In this document: piece after piece, positions 56,320-64,000 of the stretch
Layout: each line of letters starts with the position of its first letter
Position numbering within the stretch: the stretch's first letter is position 1
Assembly (NCBI GenBank): GCA_951406725.2
Contig: OX597818.1
Coordinates: 67,890,001-67,954,000, forward strand
From: Octopus vulgaris
Lineage: Eukaryota
Reading direction: 5' to 3'
DNA: 64,000 nt
Notes under the pieces: generated by a model
The model's database searches: none
Told to the model about the DNA's origin: nothing
What the model saw: the letters and a program-made list of their open reading frames with translations, nothing else
Translations under genes and position numbers: made by a program

Positions 56320-57720
56320 TAATCAAATCCGGGTGGGTTCTTTATTTTTTCTCCTTACCTGCGTGAGTTGGGAGTATTGCTGTCTGGGAGATATTTTATG
56401 GTAGTGGAATAGTATTTAATTGTTATTTCTAAATTTCGGTTTGTGGTGAAGCAATTTCGCTGCACCATAATTATAATTATGCTTATAAATATAGAATTTT
56501 TTAATAAGCTTACCGATAATGGTTCTTTTAACATACCGAACTACTTAGTAAAATTATTAATTACTAATTGATTAATTAATTTTACTCTGACTTTATGAAA
56601 CTCCTATTGAAGAATAGAAACTCCGATTCTAAATAGCTGTATCTAAATATCGCAAGACAATTTATTCCCCACATTATCTAGTGGTAACGACACCAGTCAA
56701 AATAAGCGCTTCCTATACTCTGAGTGGTTTAGTGACACAATAATGAACGGTATCGGGACATCATAGCAAGCAATGTCGTCTAGTAAGACAATAGTAACTA
56801 GTGAATCCATATTTAGTTGTGTCGCGACATTACTTATAATGTATATGACTAACGTTCATAACAGACACACAGACACACACAAGCGTATCTGAATGAAGGG
56901 AACCGATGTTAGCGACGCCAGGACTTGGCTGTTTGTCTCGTTGGATAATAAGTCTTATCGCTCCGGGAAAGATGAAAGGCAAATTTGACCTCACGGTGAT
57001 ATGAACTTCTTTGTCTCTTAATCTCTTACTGGTTTCATGCTGGAAATCCATCTTCAAGGGACCCTAATCGATCATTTCACTCCCGATATTTATTTCATTC
57101 AGTCTGGTAATTATTATATCGATTTCCATTGTCGAGTAGCGAAGTTATCTTTCTTGACAGAGAATCGTACACGGTTTTTTTTATTATTAACTGGCAGAGT
57201 TGTATGAAGCATTGGTCACACGCAAACACGCACACACACACACCCACACTCACACACACACTCACGCACACATGCACGTACACACACACGCACACACTCA
57301 GACACACACACACGTACGCACAAACACACAAATACACTCACACACACACACACTCTCACACACACACGCACACACTTACACACACTTACACACACACACA
57401 CAGATACACACACACATGCACACACGCACGCACAAGAACCGACATACACAAACGTACAGCATCATTTCCTTAACTGCTTCCTTTATAAATTGGCCGCCAT
57501 ATTTCATCTCTCGTTTCCTCGGAAGGAACCGGTTTCCTTTGAACATCATAAAGTTGAAACGCGACCAACTGATAAAGAATTGATAAATAAATGGTCACCG
57601 AATCTGTTTTTAATTTTGATTCTCTCTCATAATTTGATTGGAAATCTCCATTTTTCTCCCTCCATACACACACACACAGAGACACACATATATATGTATG
57701 TATAGTTGTATATATCTATA

Positions 57721-57798
<78 letters not shown>

Positions 57799-57860
57799 AT
57801 AGAAATATTAAAATTACTAAGTCTCTCTAAAGGAGATTACGGCAGCGTTACTGGAAATTA

Positions 57861-58261
57861 ATAGTTATCGCCATACTTATATGGCAGTCTTATAAATATA
57901 AGACTAAAGCTGTCGCTGATTAGCTCCAAGAGGCCACCGCCTCAAGCTAGCTATTTGACAGACAACCTGCGACCATTATAAACCTTCGAACAGGGGAGGT
58001 CAGCCGCTTCATCCTGCCAGCCAGACAGCTGCAGACATGTTTCAGGGTATTTGCTGCATTGATAAAGGGCAAATACCCTGAAACATGTCTGCAGCTGTCT
58101 GACTGGCAGGATGAAGCGGCTGACCTCCCTATTCGAAGGTTTATAATGGTCGCAGGTTGTGTTTCAAATAACTAGCTTGAGGCGGTGGCCTCTTGGAGCT
58201 AATCAGCGACAGCTTTAGTCTTATATTTATAAGACTGCCTTATAAGTATGGCGATAACTAT
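57861..58261. repeat. ~400-bp foldback (arms ~194 bp, 14-nt loop) embedded in (TA)n
   Basis: 57861-58054 is the near-perfect reverse complement of 58069-58261. Confidence 0.95.
58053..58095 (+). ncRNA. Minimal type I hammerhead with U3-A8 core variant
   Basis: gctgca-TTGATAA-aggg-caaata-ccct-GAAAC-AT-GTC-tgcagc. Confidence 0.78.
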
Positions 58262-58262
58262 A

Positions 58263-58398
<136 letters not shown>

Positions 58399-61300
58399 CG
58401 TACATACATACACACATATACATGCACTCACGCACACACATACACACATACGACGGGCTTATAAACAATTATTTCAAGTGGCGTGTTGGCAGAGTCGTTA
58501 GCATTCTGGACAAAATACTTAGTCGTATTTCGTCTGTCATTACGTTCTGAGTTCAAATTCCGCTACGATAGACTTTGCTTTTCATCCTTTCAGAGTTGAT
58601 AAATTAAGTACCTGTTGCGTACAGGAGTCGATATAATCTACTGGCACCCTCCCCAGAAATTTCGGGCCTTGTGACTAGAGTAGAAAAGAATATTTAAATC
58701 ATCTCTAAATAATCATTATTTGGAACTGACGTACGTGTTCGTTCAGTAGCACGAATATAATTTCCAGGGACTTAATATGGCTATTCTTATCCTGCAAGAA
58801 ATAGTCACTAGACCTCGCAGGAATTCCGTTCTACTGTCTTATTATAAGGAGGGCCCGTTTAGATAATGCTTTCCCTGTTAGACTATGTCACAAGGTATGA
58901 TGGTATGGCGATTACAGCAATGCATTTTGCCCAAAGTCTTTACAATCAGCAGACGGAGGATAGCAACTTCAATAGCATCCTATATATTAATCAACAAATG
59001 TTTGGCAAAAGCTCCTTAAAATCTTGATAAATATGAAAATTAATTAAAACACATTAATAGTTTATTTAGGAAAAATGCAGTCACAAAATCGCTAAAACAG
59101 TGACGGCACCTCCTTGGATTATAAAATATTTTTATATCCCGATTATGCTGTTTATCCTCAAGTCAACCTTGATTAAACATACTTAGGATCAGAAACATCT
59201 CAGCTGTCAACATCGTTTCTCTCGCACTTATTTTATATAGGGCTGTACTCTGCATCCATGATTTTCTATTTTCAAGACATTAAAGTATGATTTGAGTGTG
59301 ATTGTGTGCTATTTCTAGCAGAATGAATGACTATATAGATGAATAATCGTTTTTTGGTGGCGACGAGGATGTGATTTTTAGCTTTTATCCTAGTTTTCTC
59401 ATGACTTTAACTTGTTTTTAATGGCGACTTTCTACCCACTTTTAAATAAATAAATAAAAATACGTAAATGTTTCATTCTCATAAAAATGTTTGTTTTATT
59501 TTCTATAAATCTATAATTTCAGGAAAAATCTTTCAACTTCAGACAAAATATTTGAAGGCTAACATATTTGGTTTTTCTTTTTAGTTTATATATTTTATTT
59601 GATGATTCAGAGAAATATAAATGAATGTCGAAACTATTCGCTCCTCTTGATTCAATGATATTGTGCTCGGTTACTCACAAAAGTCATGAAGTAGAATTAC
59701 ATTTTCCATTTTCACAAGCCATGATGAATGTTAGGAAAGTATTGCAATAAGATAAGCTTCATGACATTGCTATGGATTTGGGAATTTGATATTTTTACAT
59801 AGCAACACACACACAAACACACACACACACAAACACACTTACAAACACACACACATATATTGAAGATATTTACAAGTAGAGTATTTTTTATTTATTTTGC
59901 ATAGCATTTCAGTCGTTGGAAAATCAGATAAACTTCTGTTGGTGTCTATTTCACAGACAGACAACAATACACAAGAGAAGTCTAAATGATAAATCACAGA
60001 GCCGGGGATAGAGCTGCTGTGAAGTATTTTAATAGGCAAACAAATATGTTCAAATATAATCACTAGAATTTGTGGAAGCTACTGTTTGTCTGTGTTGGCA
60101 AAAGTCAATTGTGTATCAAGTGAGAAAGAAATGTATGTTAGTATACAATGAGAAGAAAAAAAATCTAATATTTTAAGCACTGTATTTTTCGCCAAATATA
60201 TGCTCTGCTTTAAACACTAGATAATTCTAGATAATTTTACGTTTTATAGCACATTAACCTGCCTGATGTATAGCAACCAGTTTAGAAGCCTGTCTGTGGT
60301 CGATCAATATGCTAGATATAGAAAGAAAATCTCTCCCATCTTCCAGCCACTCTTTTAAAAAGGTGTTGAAGCATTCAGAGTAATATGGAGGTATATATAT
60401 ATTATATCCAAGTAGAGGCAGGTTTTGTTACACCTAAACGGGAATTGGGTGAGCTTTGATAATTTGAGTGATCTATTGGATATGAAAAGGGGCTTAAACA
60501 ACAAAACGAACAACATTACATTAGATCTTGAGGGTTCTGTATGATCGTTTAACCCCGTATTTATAATATTCTTCCCATATTTATAATTAAGTGCAAAACT
60601 ATTAAATATCGCTAAAGAATAATGGCCGATATGAATGTTTATCATTTGTAATGGTTTTCACGTGTATAAAGATAGGATGAGAAAGAGTAAAGGGGTAATT
60701 TAGACAGGGTCAACATAGGTGGAGCAAGATGAGGTTACATCCTAGTTTTGAGAAGAGACAAGGAATAAATGAAAGCTATACAAACACACACATTCACAGT
60801 GAGAGAGAAAGTATCACAAACAAAAGAGGATATATACAAACAGATAGACAGAGAAAGGGAGAGAGAGAGAAATAGTCAGACAGACAAAGAGAAAAACTGA
60901 CAGAGAGAAAGGGAATGAGTGTGAACATCTGTGATTTAAAACGAAGAGCTTGTTTCCCATTATTTGATATAATTTTGTTCCATGGTGACTTTTTTTTTTC
61001 GAAAATTATTTTATAGAAGCACCAAGGAAAATTATAAAGCTTGAATTTTAATTATGTATGCTGTATTTTCTGATATTACACATGATGGCAATGCTATGCT
61101 TCCAAAGCCTTTACACTTATGACGTGTAATAGTTTAAATTCTTTATAAATTTGCTAAATTTCCAAATTTAATATGATCGTCACTCACTGTCGCGTAGGTC
61201 TTGGCATCAGTGCATACAATGCATCTCAGTAATGTTCTTAGAAACGCATACTTAGACACTAGCAAACACCCTCTCGACCTTTCCACTCCTCCCCGCTCTT

Positions 61301-61499
61301 TTCCTATCAAACCTCAAAGTGACGTAAAACGGGTGGGTCGCAACCCAACATTTGATTGAAGAGTATCACCAAAAGTGTAATGAGAGCCAAACGGCAAATA
61401 GTCTTGTGTAATTTGAGGTAATCGAACGGTGTAGTGAGTGTTACATGTATATAAATAATATTAAATTTCTTGTCGAAAATAGAATGAAAGATTAAATAG

Positions 61500-64000
61500 A
61501 ATTAAATTTATACACACATTCTTAATTTTGAAACACTGATTATGGTGTGTTGTGCATAAGTTAATCATCGTAGGTTTCATATATCTACATACAACAATCT
61601 GAGTTCCACTTCTCAGCGTTACCATGTCCTCCAGTGACTTAGTAACATTTTTGTTCCGAGGAAGTCCGCTGGTAGTTTAAGCTTACGGAAAGAACTTTCT
61701 GCTAGCACTATCTATTTAGGCACTATGCGAAAACTCCAGAGTTATGTACAAAGAGTTGGACCAAATATTTTCCAACTCTTATCTCTTTTTTATATTGAGT
61801 TGATCCGCAGAACAAAGTTGTCTTTAAATATCTTTTAATCTGCCACGGTATGCAGTCGTTTTCATGTAGGTGAACTTATTTAAAAACATTTTGCTATTTC
61901 CATCAGCATTGCAAGTATCAGAGAATTACAGCCAGTTTTTTTTCAACAAAAGGTTTTAGGATATATGTAGGAATATATACATAAATATACACATATACGC
62001 ACACACACCCATACACATACTCATATATACAAACATGCATACATATATACCCACACATAGACAAACAGCCGCACACAGACACGAACAGCCAGACACAGAT
62101 ACACAAATGCAGACTAATATTTACATGTCAAAAATATGTAAAATTAATTTTTTTTTTTTCGGCTTCAAATCATTTTTGTAGGCAAACGATGACAGAAGCG
62201 ACAATGGCGTGTAATAGTTTTCTCGGAAATTGCTATTCTGCAAATGTGTGAGAATCCTTTATGAAGCTATATTTGTATTATTTGACTGCTTCTCAAAAAG
62301 AAATCCTTCTTGGCTTTCTCTCATTTGGTTGCAGTTTAATTTCCATTTGCAGGCTTGAAGCAATACGTTTTGAGTCTGTCAGCAGAGTGTGAAAACGATT
62401 GCGCAGTTTGTGCAAATTTTCGACGAGCATGTTAATATTTTCCATTTACATATCACCAGTAACGTTTGTTGCCCGTAAAACGGTGTTGCAGATGGTGATG
62501 GGAATAAGAATGATGAGTCAGATGGCTGACATGCATATATAGAGCTGAAACAGGACATCTATTATTTAACAGCTTTTGCTGCTTCACTTAGTCTCATTAT
62601 CCTTAGATTCGGTTTCAGAACATCTTGCAGAATGAGTTCAAACCATTGGAATTTGAAGCAAAAGAATTCTTATTTCTCATTGTGGCTGATCATTGGATAG
62701 TTTCTATAACATTCTTTGGCAGACAGCTTATGTGTGTCTCAGACGAATATGTCTTCTTTTTAACCTATAGAAATATATATTACAGACATATGGGATGTTT
62801 TATTTACGGTGAACCACTGAATAGCGCAAGCATTCATTGAACGATGACGAGAATATAAGAGAATATAAGAGAGACGATCTGTCTCTCGTGCCAGTTCACA
62901 GTGTACGATTTTACCGTCTCTGCTGCTGAAGGGGAGATAACCACTCCGAAATGCACGTATCCAGCAGTCTAGATAGTGAGCGCTATGAAACTGACTCAGT
63001 CTATGTACACCAAGAAATTTTCTCCGTGACAAAATACAATGAATGGCTTTCTTATGAGTTCGAGTAGGCCTGAAGCATATTTGAACAGGTCTTACGTTTA
63101 TATTGTTAATATCTTTTTTTAATATCTCCAAGGAAGGTAACCTCTTCAGTATAGCATTTTGCTGAATCTGTGGCACAACAATAATTCATTGCATTGCGTG
63201 TTTATTGTTATCACATTTTTGTGGAATTTTATTGCATTTCATTTCAGTTAAATTTGAAAATAATGAAACTTTAGTATAATAATTCATTACTAAGACTCAG
63301 TTAATGAAATAAAGGAACACAAAGTCATTGTGGATAGTTTTGATTTAGAAAACTTTATGCAAACGTTCGCATCGTAAATGCAGGAGTGGTCTCAAACGTG
63401 TTGGTATCAAAGGTGTAAAGTAATATCGTTTAGACTTTCTTGCACTTGGTTGCCATATCGGTGCTATTATTGTAGCCTTGCTACAATTGGCTTCAGGTTT
63501 GTGATAGCAGATCCCGTTCCATCAAAATAGTCATAAGAAGATAAAAATCTCCCTTGAATATTCAACGTAATATCTTATAACTTTTGAAAGCAATGCATAA
63601 AACTTGTTTCGTATCTGCCGAATCAGGTGTTTCGCCAATTATGTTTGTGCGATATCTTGTCCCTGATCTTTCAAAGAGATTCTGTGTTTCAAAATGAGAT
63701 CATAACAAAGCGGAATACATGAATTTTGTGATTCGGCTGACAAATAATGTGCTTGCAACCATTTCCTCTATTTTCCTGACTTTCTTCGACCTTCCTGACA
63801 TAGGTCTCAAGCACGGTTCCCAATGAGACAAAAGTTCAACTAGCTCAAGTGAATTACCTTTGTAAACATCGCAAATCGGGTGAGAGTTACCACGAAATAC
63901 GAAGCTCCTTTCAGGCAAAAATAAAACAGCAAATGGAAGGAGTGAAAATTTAATCCAGTTAGCCTCCACTGATACAATTTGTTGCATGCAATTGTTTCAA
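61500..64000 (-). pseudogene. hAT transposase relic (ZMYM1/Tip100-like), fragmented
   Basis: VLFLPERSFVFRGNS..GNSLELVELLSHW; ETPDS; GYNNSTDM; MSAI*..ICNTVL..ENINML; and the C-terminal SAESSFRKLKL (hAT dimerisation motif). Interrupted by a repeat at about 63180-63420 and a microsatellite at about 61950-62110. Confidence 0.7.

Overview
AT-rich, microsatellite-saturated, gene-free animal DNA (intergenic or a large intron). The SINE/LINE repertoire and the density of (TA)n/(TAA)n/(CATA)n tracts suggest a cephalopod (Octopus-like) genome; this is an inference. Almost all six-frame ORFs are translated simple repeats. Real content: at least five SINE-like families; decayed LINE fragments (Tx1/L1, RTE, three R4/Dong-type families); a Penelope-like element (RT plus GIY-YIG); Tc1 and hAT transposase relics; a probable Helitron; and MITEs. 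The most notable signal is a set of non-coding elements, mostly embedded in (TA)n, that carry minimal type-I hammerhead ribozyme folds. These include a 550-bp partial-tandem unit, a 400-bp foldback with a U3-A8 compensatory core at its apex, and a hammerhead remnant directly 3' of the Penelope ORF. Together they suggest a multi-family retrozyme/Penelope-derived system. A second signal is microsatellite-specific targeting by RLE and Tx1 LINEs, with a tRNA-only mini-SINE sharing the Dong-type 3' end. All calls were made by eye, with no database searches, and element boundaries are approximate.
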